Shown here piece by piece: positions 8,036 through 17,441 of a stretch of DNA of 36,034 nucleotides. Below the pieces are notes generated by a model. The model ran no database searches, had not been told where the DNA came from, and saw nothing but the letters and a program-made list of their open reading frames with translations. Origin of the DNA: Candidatus Sigynarchaeum calidifontis (lineage in GTDB: Archaea; Asgardarchaeota; Lokiarchaeia; Sigyniarchaeales; Sigyniarchaeaceae); assembly GCA_030587475.2 (NCBI GenBank), contig JAUQYZ020000232.1, forward strand, positions 1 through 36,034. The letters are read 5' to 3'. Every line of letters starts with the position of its first letter. The stretch's first letter is position 1. A program made the translations under genes and the position numbers.

Positions 8036-9259
8036 ATGCGGACGATTAACCTCAAGAACTATTGGAACGAGCCGCCATGGGCCATGATGTTGGTGAAACT
8101 ATCCGCAGGCATATGTTTTTGTTCGATACTATCGGGTTTTTTTATGACCATCGTATTCTCAACGTTCTTCCCCTTTTGGATGTGTGTCATCATCATTCCG
8201 ATGATTTCCTTTGCCTGCTTGGGGATCTTGATGATTTTTATGTCTAGATATCATAATCCCGAAGTGAGAAACCTCTTCTTGATGTTTGATGATCATATCA
8301 CTCAACTCGAAGGGCCTATCAAGCCAGGCTTGTTTCAAGAGATCGTCCGTTCCCTCAACGATCGCATTCACTCGCCCGCGAACGCTGATTGGATCGTCAG
8401 GACACTCTCCAAGCAACTGGAGGCCTACTTGAAAGGAAAGTTAGAGCAAGTCAAGCAAGAATTTAACACCCAATTGATGCGTATTGATGATATGATAGAG
8501 GAAAAACTGCTGGTCGATGCAGAGGCCGGGATACGCGAAGCTCGTTCCTTAGCCGATTATTTCTCGATCAGCGGTAAAGAGCACGAAAAAAAGGATCTTG
8601 AAACTGCAATCGAGGGAAGGGCCCGCCTCGTGGAGAGTCTGCGTGCCGAGATCGCAGCTCAGTTGAAAAAAACACTTGATTTGCAACCTCGCCCGAGCAA
8701 CATAGAGGAAAACGTCAAATGGATACCGGCCGTGAAGGACGCAATGGAAATGGCGACACGAGCCGGAATCCCGGTTCTCGCCGAACAAGCTCGTGCCTTG
8801 TATCAAGATGCTTTGCAAGATACCCGCGAATACCTCACCAGCGAACTCACCAAGGTGAAGGCCCAGTTCATCAAGGATCCAAGCGATGCCGTATATCAAC
8901 ACACGAAATCAATACTGGAGAAGATACAAGGATTCAGTGATCCCCTCTATCTGCTGACCATCAAGCAAGAGGCCTCGAAGTGGCTATCCAACCTCGTCCT
9001 TGTAAAATCCATTTTAAAAGCAGTCCGGGAGAGGGACGGCATTTCAATCAAGGAACTGCGGGAGCGCACCACGATGGATCGGAAAACATTTGCTGGCTTC
9101 TTGCTCGAGTGGGCGGGTATTCTTGGCTTGAGAATCGCACAAGATGAAGTTCGCGAGGAAAAAGAAAAAGAAGACTTGAATTCGATCATCCGGCGGCTGG
9201 ACGAGATGTTCAGATCCTGGGCGGAAAAAGAAAAGATCGATGCTACGGGGAAAATCTAA
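8036..9259 (+). CDS. Membrane-anchored helical/coiled-coil protein with a C-terminal winged-helix/PCI-like domain
   Basis: Two N-terminal TM helices, a long alpha-helical body, and a C-terminal ISIKELRERTTMDRKTFAGFLLEWAGILGLRI segment ending LDEMFRSWAEKEKIDATGKI. Confidence 0.75.
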   Translation: MRTINLKNYWNEPPWAMMLVKLSAGICFCSILSGFFMTIVFSTFFPFWMCVIIIPMISFACLGILMIFMSRYHNPEVRNLFLMFDDHITQLEGPIKPGLFQEIVRSLNDRIHSPANADWIVRTLSKQLEAYLKGKLEQVKQEFNTQLMRIDDMIEEKLLVDAEAGIREARSLADYFSISGKEHEKKDLETAIEGRARLVESLRAEIAAQLKKTLDLQPRPSNIEENVKWIPAVKDAMEMATRAGIPVLAEQARALYQDALQDTREYLTSELTKVKAQFIKDPSDAVYQHTKSILEKIQGFSDPLYLLTIKQEASKWLSNLVLVKSILKAVRERDGISIKELRERTTMDRKTFAGFLLEWAGILGLRIAQDEVREEKEKEDLNSIIRRLDEMFRSWAEKEKIDATGKI

Positions 9260-9260
9260 C

Positions 9261-10790
9261 TCATTGCATCGTGTAAAGCTGCTTGAACGTGTCCTTCTCG
9301 GTTTGATATATCTTGCGGTACAAGGTGAAAAGGGCATCGTACTTCTTGGCGTGTTCCAGGTTCGGGACGGTTATGTCGGCGGTCTGGATCCATTTCTTGA
9401 TTTCCTTGTAGTCGAACAGCTTGTTGCCGACGCCGGCGAGGAGCACGTCGCCGAGAGGCGCACCGTAGCTCATCGACACGTGCCGCATCTTGAAGCCCGT
9501 GATGTCAGCGAAGATCTGGCGCCACAGGTTGCTCTTCGCGCCGCCACCAATGAGCGTCATCTCGTCGTTGAGGGTGGCCCCGATGTTCTTGGCCGTCTCG
9601 AGGTTGTCCTTGAGCGAGAAGGCGACGCCCTCGAGGCACGCGCGGTACACGTGCGCGGCCGTGTGGAACAGCGACAGGCCGACGATCGTGCCGCGGGCGA
9701 AGGGATCCCAGATAGGCGTCCGCTCGCCGTTCCAATACGGGAGCACGACGATGCCGTTGGATCCGGGCTGGATGTTGGCTGCCAGGTCGTCGAGCTCCTT
9801 GAAGCTCTTGTCCTTCGCGAACTGCTCCTTGAACCAGTTGATGACCGCCGCCGCGGTCGCTGCGCCGCCGAAGGTGTATATCTTGTTGGTGTCGTCCGCC
9901 ACGTAAGGATAGTTGATGAGAAGGGGAGAAAGTTTCATGCTCGACCGGTCCTGGACGATGTTGTGGCACATGGACGTGCCGATGGTCGCCGTGTGCTCGC
10001 CGACCTCGAAGGTGCCGACGCTGAGCGCCTCGACGGGAGCATCGATCCCGCCCGCGGACACGGGCGTCCCCTTCCGCAAGCCACACATCATGGCACCCTT
10101 CGCGTCGATCTCGCCGACCACGGCTGCCGACTTGACGACATCCGGCGGGAAGATGTGTATCGGGATCCCGAGATCCTTCATCAAGTCCTGGGCGTACGCG
10201 TTCTTGTGGATGTCCCATATCCCGCCATAGTTGCCGGCCGAAGAATAATCGAGCGAAACTTTACCGGTGAGATGATGGATCGCGTAGGCGTTGGGCGTGA
10301 GCAAGTACTTGATGCGGGCCCACTTCTTCGGCTCGTTGTTCTTGATCCAGAGCATCTTGGTCCAACCCCAGTAGGGGTGGATGCAATTGCCCGTTACATC
10401 AGTGACCTTTTTTTCGAGGCCTTTTTCTCGTGCCCAATCGCACTCCTTGATGGCACGCGTGTCGAGCCACGGGATGCAAGGCCGTATCTCGTCCATCTCC
10501 TCGTCAACGGGCACGCCTGATCCACCGTAGAGGCCGGAGATGCACAAGCCGCGCACGTTTAAAGGGTCGATCTTGCCCTTCGCGAGCACGTTCTTGATCG
10601 TGTCGCATACTGCTTTCAATGGCTTGTCCATTGGGAAATCAGCCCAGCCCGGCTTCGGTGTAACTATCTCGTATCCGATATAATCCTCGGCGAGCACCTT
10701 TCCATCCACGGAACATGCGATCGACTTGGTTCCAAGCGTGCCGATATCCGTCCCTACTAGAATATCCGATGAAGGCATGGTTACCATCAT
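9261..10790 (-). CDS. FGGY-family carbohydrate kinase (xylulokinase-like)
   Basis: GTDIGTLGTK, WLDTRA, KMLWIK, GTPVSAGGID, TIGTS, LPYWNGERTPIWD, RACLEGVAF, GGGAKSNLWRQIFAD. Confidence 0.93.
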   Translation of the reverse strand: MMVTMPSSDILVGTDIGTLGTKSIACSVDGKVLAEDYIGYEIVTPKPGWADFPMDKPLKAVCDTIKNVLAKGKIDPLNVRGLCISGLYGGSGVPVDEEMDEIRPCIPWLDTRAIKECDWAREKGLEKKVTDVTGNCIHPYWGWTKMLWIKNNEPKKWARIKYLLTPNAYAIHHLTGKVSLDYSSAGNYGGIWDIHKNAYAQDLMKDLGIPIHIFPPDVVKSAAVVGEIDAKGAMMCGLRKGTPVSAGGIDAPVEALSVGTFEVGEHTATIGTSMCHNIVQDRSSMKLSPLLINYPYVADDTNKIYTFGGAATAAAVINWFKEQFAKDKSFKELDDLAANIQPGSNGIVVLPYWNGERTPIWDPFARGTIVGLSLFHTAAHVYRACLEGVAFSLKDNLETAKNIGATLNDEMTLIGGGAKSNLWRQIFADITGFKMRHVSMSYGAPLGDVLLAGVGNKLFDYKEIKKWIQTADITVPNLEHAKKYDALFTLYRKIYQTEKDTFKQLYTMQ

Positions 10791-10850
10791 TCACTTTATC
10801 TTCGTGAATTACGATGAGAGGAACATTGCTCTTCAGCCATAAATGCCTTG

Positions 10851-11969
10851 ATGAGGCAGATGAAGCTTCCCAAGATCGACGCTTTTCGCGACACCGTGAA
10901 GATCGTCCAAAAGCCAGGCGCATCGCCCACGCCGCAGGCCCAGGTAGATCCGGAGATTCAGCGAAAGCGGCAAGAGGCCATAAAGCGCATCACGGAGAAA
11001 ATAGCCGAGATAGAGAAAGCGTTGAACGGCGGCGACTACAAGCGTGCCTACAAGCTCGCCACGGGGGAGTTGCAGAAATACACGGTCCAGAGCATCAAGG
11101 GCAACGAGCTGCTGGAGCGGATGGCCGCCATGGCAGAAACGTCGCTGGAATACATGAATTCCCTCTTGCCTGCCAAGGATGAAGACTGGTTCCTGGACAT
11201 GCTCGGGAGCGAAATGGACGATTACAAAGCGATTCCCCTCTTTCAGGCTATAGAGCGGGTGCTCGCAGAGCGATTAAAGAAGAAGCTCGATCAATTCAAG
11301 AAGGAGGGAAAGGTAACGTGGATCGCACCATGGCTCGAGACATGGAAACCGGTCGTCGAGATAATCGATGAGCAGAAGACCTTGAACAAGTGGTTCGCGG
11401 GCGAAGCCGGCGCCGATGCCAATTTCCGATGGAAGTTCAAGATCCCCGTGAAATACGCCCCCGGGGAAAAGCAGCGACTCCTCGAAAAACGACGCAAGAT
11501 TCACGAAGCACTCGCGACCAAGGCTGCGGAGCTCGAAAAGGAAACAACACCTACCCCCCCGCCACCGCCCGCGGAACCCGTCGCCGTGCCCGTTCCCGTG
11601 GTGCTCGAGACCCCACGAATCGCCAAGTCCTCCAGCACGACGGGCACGTTCTCCAGGAAAAAAGCAACAACATCGGAGCAGGCCAAGCCAGAACATCAAC
11701 AGAAAACCCACAAGTCTCACCCCAAGCAGAACAAGCCAAAGCCGCTTACCGCCCAGGACGACCACATATCGTCTTCCGAAGTAAAAGAATACCTTTACAA
11801 GCTCAAACACGAACAAAACGTGAACGAGGTCCATTTTATCAAGATAAAAAACGATTTGAACGCGATATCCTTGAACAAGGAGAAAAAACTTTTCAAGATC
11901 CTCATGCGGCTCGTGGAGAAGGGCCTCCTCATCAAGAAGACCGGGAGCATCTTCGCGATCTTGTTTTGA
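10851..11969 (+). CDS. Hypothetical protein: helical N-domain, Pro/Lys-rich linker, C-terminal winged helix
   Basis: About 372 aa with consistent codon bias; PTPPPPPAEP linker; C-terminal LFKILMRLVEKGLLIKKTGSIFAI fits a wHTH recognition helix plus wing. Confidence 0.75.
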   Translation: MRQMKLPKIDAFRDTVKIVQKPGASPTPQAQVDPEIQRKRQEAIKRITEKIAEIEKALNGGDYKRAYKLATGELQKYTVQSIKGNELLERMAAMAETSLEYMNSLLPAKDEDWFLDMLGSEMDDYKAIPLFQAIERVLAERLKKKLDQFKKEGKVTWIAPWLETWKPVVEIIDEQKTLNKWFAGEAGADANFRWKFKIPVKYAPGEKQRLLEKRRKIHEALATKAAELEKETTPTPPPPPAEPVAVPVPVVLETPRIAKSSSTTGTFSRKKATTSEQAKPEHQQKTHKSHPKQNKPKPLTAQDDHISSSEVKEYLYKLKHEQNVNEVHFIKIKNDLNAISLNKEKKLFKILMRLVEKGLLIKKTGSIFAILF

Positions 11970-12003
11970 AGCAGGTGGATCGGCGACACGATGGGGAGCA
12001 CGC

Positions 12004-13137
12004 ATGGTGCGGTGCGAGCTTAAAGAGTTCAAGAGCATCATCAACAAGCTCAAGTTCATCGACTCGTGGTTCTGGTGCGCGTACACGATAAATCCGTACA
12101 ATGGCTGCTCCCACGATTGCATCTACTGCGACGGGCGCACGAGGAAATACAACATGCATGCCAATTTCGAGGAAACAATCTACGTGAAGAAAGGCGCGGC
12201 GGAAGTCCTCGATAAGAAGATCAACCAGAGCCGGACGATGCTACCGGACGTGGTATCCATGGGTGGCGTGTGTGACGCCTACCAACCCGCGGAGGCCGAA
12301 TACAAGATCACCCGCGGCATCCTTGACGTCTTGCTCAAGCACGGATTCCCTACATTCTTGCTCACGAAATCGGATTTGATAACACGCGACCTCGACGTGA
12401 TTTCAGCCATCAACGAGAAGTCATGGGCGACCGTGGCAGTCACGGTCACCACGGTCGACGATGGCCTGGCGCGGGTACTGGAGCCCGGCGCTTCGCCTCC
12501 ATCGAGGCGACTGGCGGTACTCGAGCGTGTGAAGGAGCGGCACCCCCGCATCCAAACGGGCGTGTGCGCCATGCCCATCATCCCGTTTCTCGAGGATGCC
12601 GACGATGCCATCGAGCTGCTGGTTGCCAAGACGAAAGATGCTGGTGGCGATTTCTTGCTATTCGCCCCTGGCGTGTCGATGCGCGACGAGCAAGCGAATT
12701 ACATGCTGCGGAAGATGCAAGCCGCGTTCCCAAGGGAGCAAGCGCTTTTCGCGAAAAATTACATGCAAGACGAGAGCTTCAAGACGAGGTGGACGGCGCG
12801 GATAAACGCGAAACTCCTCGCCGCGTGTAAGAAGCACGGCCTGGCTATTCGTGCCAGGCGATTCATCCCCGGCGATTACCGGAAGCACAATTACATCATC
12901 GCGGAGCGATTGCTGAACAAGGCCTACGAGCTGCAGCTCTCGGGCGGGAAATGGAAGGGATATTTCTGGGCAGGGCAGAGCGTGCAGATGTTGAAGGAAT
13001 CCATTACCGATGTGCACGCTCGCGGGGATTTGAGCGGGATCAAGGGCATGACGGCGGCCATCGCGAAGGAAATCGAGCCCTTGATCCCGGCAAGGCAAGG
13101 GCTCGACCGGTTCCTATCCCGCGAGATGGATCGATGA
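12004..13137 (+). CDS. Radical SAM protein, SplB/Rv2578c-like DNA-repair family
   Basis: INPYNGCSHDCIYC (CxxxCxxC), DAYQPAE, TKSDLITRD, LEPGASPPSRRL, MPIIPFLED; C-terminal HhH-like LSGIKGM. Confidence 0.9.
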   Translation: MVRCELKEFKSIINKLKFIDSWFWCAYTINPYNGCSHDCIYCDGRTRKYNMHANFEETIYVKKGAAEVLDKKINQSRTMLPDVVSMGGVCDAYQPAEAEYKITRGILDVLLKHGFPTFLLTKSDLITRDLDVISAINEKSWATVAVTVTTVDDGLARVLEPGASPPSRRLAVLERVKERHPRIQTGVCAMPIIPFLEDADDAIELLVAKTKDAGGDFLLFAPGVSMRDEQANYMLRKMQAAFPREQALFAKNYMQDESFKTRWTARINAKLLAACKKHGLAIRARRFIPGDYRKHNYIIAERLLNKAYELQLSGGKWKGYFWAGQSVQMLKESITDVHARGDLSGIKGMTAAIAKEIEPLIPARQGLDRFLSREMDR

Positions 13138-13150
13138 TCCCTCCACGTAT

Positions 13151-13158
13151 TTTATAAA
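13151..13158 (+). promoter_or_regulatory. TATA-box-like element TTTATAAA upstream of the 8-TM gene
   Basis: Consensus archaeal TATA in a short intergenic gap, with a downstream GAGGTG Shine-Dalgarno-like sequence at 13230-13235. Confidence 0.45.
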
Positions 13159-13238
13159 GACATTGCAGTAAGTGATCGTGGATATACCATCTTGTTGGAG
13201 TCATTCCATTTGCGTGTCAAGGTTAATTCGAGGTGTGC

Positions 13239-14129
13239 ATGATGCAGAAAAGAAAGGTGATATTCGGCCTCTTGGCTGGATCTTTGCTTGTTCTCGCCGT
13301 GATCGGCATCGTAACGTGGTTCCTGGGGCTCGATGCAGCATATCCAGGTTTTTATTCGTTCCAGATAGATTCCAACAACCTGGCCGAGCAAGCCAACGGG
13401 TTGGCCTGGACGCTTACCATGATCCTCGTGATGTTCTACTGGATCTCCGGGGCGTTCCTTTTAATGGAGGGAAAAGTCTCCACGGCCGACGTGCAAAGGA
13501 AGTTCCATTATGGGTTGGCGATGCTCTTCATCCTCATCGGTCTGGCCCAAGGAATCGTCGTGTTCTACTCGATCTTCAAAACAACCCCCTTCCATTTTTC
13601 TCCAATCCTCATTCCGAACATGGCGCCCCTGGGCCGGAGCGACACGCTCTTTGCCCTGGCATTCGCGTGCTGGAGCGCCGTGCGCATCATCTACATCATC
13701 GAGAAATACATCAAGAAAAGCAAGAAATATCCATTGACTGTTCTGATTCTCCTCGGAGCCATCGCCGGCACCGCGGGGATTGCTTGCTCATACATCCAGG
13801 CTGCCACGTGGTCGAACGAGGATGCTGCCCCAAGCTGGTGGCAATACGTCGGGTATGGCGTGCTTGGCCTTTCCGGTCTTGCCCTCATCATCACGATCAT
13901 ATCGCTTCCAGTCATCTATTTCAGCCTGGCGATACAAGCATCCGGCGACTTGCGAAAAAACTCGGCGATCATAGGCACTGGATATCTCCTCACGTTTGTC
14001 ATGGTCATCCTCCATCTATTACGAGAAATGATTCTTGCGGATCTCCCGCTCAACTGGATGGTATTCATCTTCGGAAACATCATCGGGGCACTCATACTTA
14101 TCAGCGGGTACATGCGTTCCACGTATTGA
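13239..14129 (+). CDS. Hypothetical integral membrane protein (about 8 TM helices)
   Basis: Eight hydrophobic stretches separated by short basic loops (QRKF, EKYIKKSKK, LRKNS). GAGGTG precedes ATG 13239/13242. Confidence 0.8.
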   Translation: MMQKRKVIFGLLAGSLLVLAVIGIVTWFLGLDAAYPGFYSFQIDSNNLAEQANGLAWTLTMILVMFYWISGAFLLMEGKVSTADVQRKFHYGLAMLFILIGLAQGIVVFYSIFKTTPFHFSPILIPNMAPLGRSDTLFALAFACWSAVRIIYIIEKYIKKSKKYPLTVLILLGAIAGTAGIACSYIQAATWSNEDAAPSWWQYVGYGVLGLSGLALIITIISLPVIYFSLAIQASGDLRKNSAIIGTGYLLTFVMVILHLLREMILADLPLNWMVFIFGNIIGALILISGYMRSTY

Positions 14130-14145
14130 GAACCTATTATCAACC

Positions 14146-14153
14146 TTTTTTTT
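14146..14153 (+). terminator. Oligo-T (T8) archaeal terminator candidate
   Basis: T8 tract 16 bp after the stop at 14129. Confidence 0.4.
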
Positions 14154-14203
14154 GAGAGCGTTGTTATGCATTCTTGACGAAGATCGCGGGATGCATCGCA
14201 AGG

Positions 14204-15577
14204 TTGCTCAAATTACACTCGACGAACCGGAATTGCCCCGAGGTCGACTTCAAGACCGCCTTGATAGCCGGCCTTGCACCTGACAAGGGCTTGTACACGG
14301 CAAGCGAATATCCAAGGTTTTCCAGCGAGGAACTGCTTGGCATGGCCAGGATGGGCTATCCCGAACTAGCCCATGCCGTGCTGTCGAGATTGATCGGCGA
14401 CCAGCTGCCCGAAGCCAAGTTAAAGGAGATCTGCGACGACGCGTACGACTACGACGTGCCCGTCGTGAAGATCTCGGACGGCGAGAACGTGCACGTGCTG
14501 CACCTCGACAAGGGGCCGACCGCGTCGTTCAAGGACTTCGCCGCCCGCGCCATGAGCCGCATCATGTCGTATTACACGGCGCAAGACAAGCGAGAGCTGC
14601 TCATCCTCACGGCGACGTCCGGCGACACGGGCGGCGCCGTCGCGTCGGCCTTTTACGGCGTCAAGAACATCAAGGTGTGCGTGCTGTTTCCCGCCACGGA
14701 AGTGTCCGAGCGCCAGCGGCGGCAGATGACGACGCTAGGAAAAAACGTCCAGGCCGTCGCGGTGAACGGGAAGTTCGACGATTGCCAGGCACTCGTCAAG
14801 CGGGCATTTGCCGATCCCGAGCTGGTATCCCTTAACTTGTCCTCGGCCAACTCGATCAACATCGGCCGCCTGCTCCCGCAGAGCGTGTACTATTTCTGGG
14901 GATATTTCCGGGCGCTCGAGGAGCGGGTGGCGGCGGGGATCCTCGACCCGGCCGTGATATCGGTGCCGTCGGGAAACTTCGGCAACCTCATGGGCGGGCT
15001 CATCGCCAAGCAAATGGGACTCCCAGTGGCCAAGTTCGTGGCGGCCGTGAACGAGAACGACGAGTTTCCCAAGTTTCTCGAAACGGGCACGTACCGAAAG
15101 ATCGAACCCAGCTTGAACTGTCTTTCGAATGCCATGAACGTCGGGCACCCGTCAAACCTCGCGCGCGTCGTCGACTTGTATGGTGGCACGATGGACCAGG
15201 ACGGGGCGATCGTGAAACCACCAGATATGGATAAAATGCGCGCCGACATCTTCTCCGCGAGCGTAAGCGACGAGGAGACACGTTTCATCATTGAAAATGT
15301 GTTCCAGAAATATAAATATATCCTGGAGCCTCACGGTGCCGTTGGCTGGGGCGGGCTGCGCCGGTATCTCGACAATGCAAGTCATGTCGCCGCGGCCATC
15401 ACGATCGAGACGGCCGACCCAGCGAAATTCCCGGAACTCATTCAAGAAATCCTTGGCATCGACCCGCCGCTTCCACCATCGCTGAAATCGATGCAAAAGA
15501 AGCAAGAGACCTACGCGAAGATGAAAAAAGACTATCTTGCGTTCAAGGATTTCCTTGTCGAGAATTACGCGAAGTAA
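14204..15577 (+). CDS. thrC: Threonine synthase
   Basis: GLAPDKGLY, GPTASFKDFAAR (PLP lysine), ATSGDTGGAV, SANSINIGRLLPQ, PSGNFGN, ETADPAKF. Start TTG 14204 or TTG 14174. Confidence 0.95.
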   Translation: MLKLHSTNRNCPEVDFKTALIAGLAPDKGLYTASEYPRFSSEELLGMARMGYPELAHAVLSRLIGDQLPEAKLKEICDDAYDYDVPVVKISDGENVHVLHLDKGPTASFKDFAARAMSRIMSYYTAQDKRELLILTATSGDTGGAVASAFYGVKNIKVCVLFPATEVSERQRRQMTTLGKNVQAVAVNGKFDDCQALVKRAFADPELVSLNLSSANSINIGRLLPQSVYYFWGYFRALEERVAAGILDPAVISVPSGNFGNLMGGLIAKQMGLPVAKFVAAVNENDEFPKFLETGTYRKIEPSLNCLSNAMNVGHPSNLARVVDLYGGTMDQDGAIVKPPDMDKMRADIFSASVSDEETRFIIENVFQKYKYILEPHGAVGWGGLRRYLDNASHVAAAITIETADPAKFPELIQEILGIDPPLPPSLKSMQKKQETYAKMKKDYLAFKDFLVENYAK

Positions 15578-15600
15578 TGCCTTTCCTTTTCACGCGATTG

Positions 15601-16056
15601 CTATGGACTGTCGTAGACCTCGAAGATCATCTTCTCGATGATTGGTTTCTTGGTAGATCGCTTGTCGTAATACCAACCAACGACCTCCTTCTCCGTGACG
15701 ATTACCATGACGCCAACAGACAAGTAGTTGAGGATCTTCAAGTCGATCTCGTGCAATTCAGGGGAACCCGAGGGGTGCGTGTGAAATTCCCAGACGATGT
15801 CGTACCCTTGCTCCTCCTTGAGCTTGCGCGTCGTCTTGATCTTCGTCTTCTTCAACTTCATCCACGAGTGCGGCCGCTCGTGGCCCTCGTTCTCGGATAG
15901 CGTCTCGTTTACTTCGAAGTTCGTGACGACCGCGAACGATTCCTTGCGCTCCGCGTACATTTGTCCCCATGAAATCGACCCGGACTTTGATTCCTTGCAC
16001 AGTGCCGTTATCCTGTCAAAAACTTTTTTCGGGATCATGTAACGAAAATGCGGCAT
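15601..16056 (-). CDS. JAB/MPN domain protein with a variant JAMM motif
   Basis: WEFHTHPSGSPELHEID (15742-15783 core): the H-x-H...D metal ligands are present but the Ser is replaced by His, and there is no Glu at the usual N-terminal position (ESKSGSISWG). ATG 16056 preferred. Confidence 0.8.
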   Translation of the reverse strand: MPHFRYMIPKKVFDRITALCKESKSGSISWGQMYAERKESFAVVTNFEVNETLSENEGHERPHSWMKLKKTKIKTTRKLKEEQGYDIVWEFHTHPSGSPELHEIDLKILNYLSVGVMVIVTEKEVVGWYYDKRSTKKPIIEKMIFEVYDSP

Positions 16057-16380
16057 ATTTTTTTCCCTTTTCACGTCGATACATTCGCCGAGCATCTATG
16101 GATCGAGAGAACGGGAGGCTCGTGGAGCACCAACGACCAGCATCCACGGCGGATCTCGGACGGTCGCGCCGGGCATTCTGGCTGATATATAATAAGCGCC
16201 CAAGGGAAAAAAAGGTAGCTTTATTTAGGTCCACGGATACAGATACCGTTTTCACTCGTGGCGGAACGGGGCGGGTTTCCACCGCGCCCGAGCGCCTTCC
16301 CCCCATCACGCGAAGGTTTTTCTATCACGGGATGGTTTATCCATCATCCCCCCGCACCCGCGGCGAGGCGAGCAGTAGCC

Positions 16381-16833
16381 ATGGATGAAGACGAGTTTGA
16401 CGACGACGTCGAATACCAGCCACGCAAGAGCAAGGTCTCCGTGAAAGCATTGCTCAAGGGGCTTGGTATCATGGTCATCATCGTCGCTGGCCTCTACATG
16501 CTCAACCAGGGGTGGGGCGACTCGGCCTTGATGACGGCCGGCTTCATGCTCACGTGCATCGGCACCACCCTCATGAACTTGCACCCTCCAAAGAGAAAAA
16601 AGATCAAGACCGTCTATTCCATCTATAAGTGTTCTATAGCGGCTTGCGGCGTGAAGGAGCTGCACGAGTTCAAGGAGGGCGATTACGTGTACAAGACGAT
16701 CGGCCCCTGCTTCAAGTGCTCGGGGGGCAGCCTCTACATCGACCAGATCTTCGCCGTGCAGTCGCTGCCCGAGAAGTCGGCGCGCATGGCACGCCCCGAG
16801 AACGGGCCGAGCGTCATGCCCGGCGACGAGTGA
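16381..16833 (+). CDS. Small membrane protein (2 TM) with a C-terminal zinc-ribbon-like domain
   Basis: Acidic N-terminus, two TM helices, then CSIAAC...FKEGDYVYK..GPCFKC...LYIDQIF, a pattern seen in small archaeal Zn-ribbon proteins. Confidence 0.75.
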   Translation: MDEDEFDDDVEYQPRKSKVSVKALLKGLGIMVIIVAGLYMLNQGWGDSALMTAGFMLTCIGTTLMNLHPPKRKKIKTVYSIYKCSIAACGVKELHEFKEGDYVYKTIGPCFKCSGGSLYIDQIFAVQSLPEKSARMARPENGPSVMPGDE

Positions 16834-16895
16834 GTGGCTGGGCATTCGAAGGTTATCTTGGATGATAAGCTTCTATCTCGCGAGTTGGCTGAACC

Positions 16896-17441
16896 ATGAA
16901 AGAGAAAATTCCCTCCAAGGTCCGTTCCATTGACATCGTACCAGGGAAGCTGACCATTTCCTTGTACCAGGTCACCTTGGCCGAGGTTGTCATCCCCTTT
17001 GTTATCCTGTTCGGCATCTTGGCAATCCCTTTGATCATCACCCGGGATGCCATCGAACCACCCTGGTTGGCCATCGCGCTCCCCATCATACTATTGACAA
17101 CCCTCTCCATTCCGTTCTGGTGGATGCTCTCTGTTCATTTCAAGCCCGTCACGATACAAGGCAATACAGAGGCCCAGGTTCTCGTGGTATCGGGCAAGCG
17201 ATCCCATTCCATTGATGCAAGCTTGAACTTCACTTTTTTCGTGGGCACTATCCCGTTTTCCGAGATCGACGATATCAAAGTCGAATCGCGGGAGATCACA
17301 GGGCCGAAGGGAACCAGGACTTATTATGCCCTCGCGGTGAGCCGGCGCACGGGTGATCCATTGTACTTGCACGGCGGCAGCAAGATGACGATGAATTTCC
17401 TCGCCAGTAAACTCGGCGGGTGGTTGTCGAACGCGCGATAG
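16896..17441 (+). CDS. Membrane protein (2 TM) with a putative PH-like C-terminal domain
   Basis: Hydrophobic hairpin, then beta-rich IPFSEIDDIKVE...YYALAVSRRTG..L.L and a terminal helix (MNFLASKLGGWL), the layout of prokaryotic PH-like domains. Confidence 0.65.
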   Translation: MKEKIPSKVRSIDIVPGKLTISLYQVTLAEVVIPFVILFGILAIPLIITRDAIEPPWLAIALPIILLTTLSIPFWWMLSVHFKPVTIQGNTEAQVLVVSGKRSHSIDASLNFTFFVGTIPFSEIDDIKVESREITGPKGTRTYYALAVSRRTGDPLYLHGGSKMTMNFLASKLGGWLSNAR

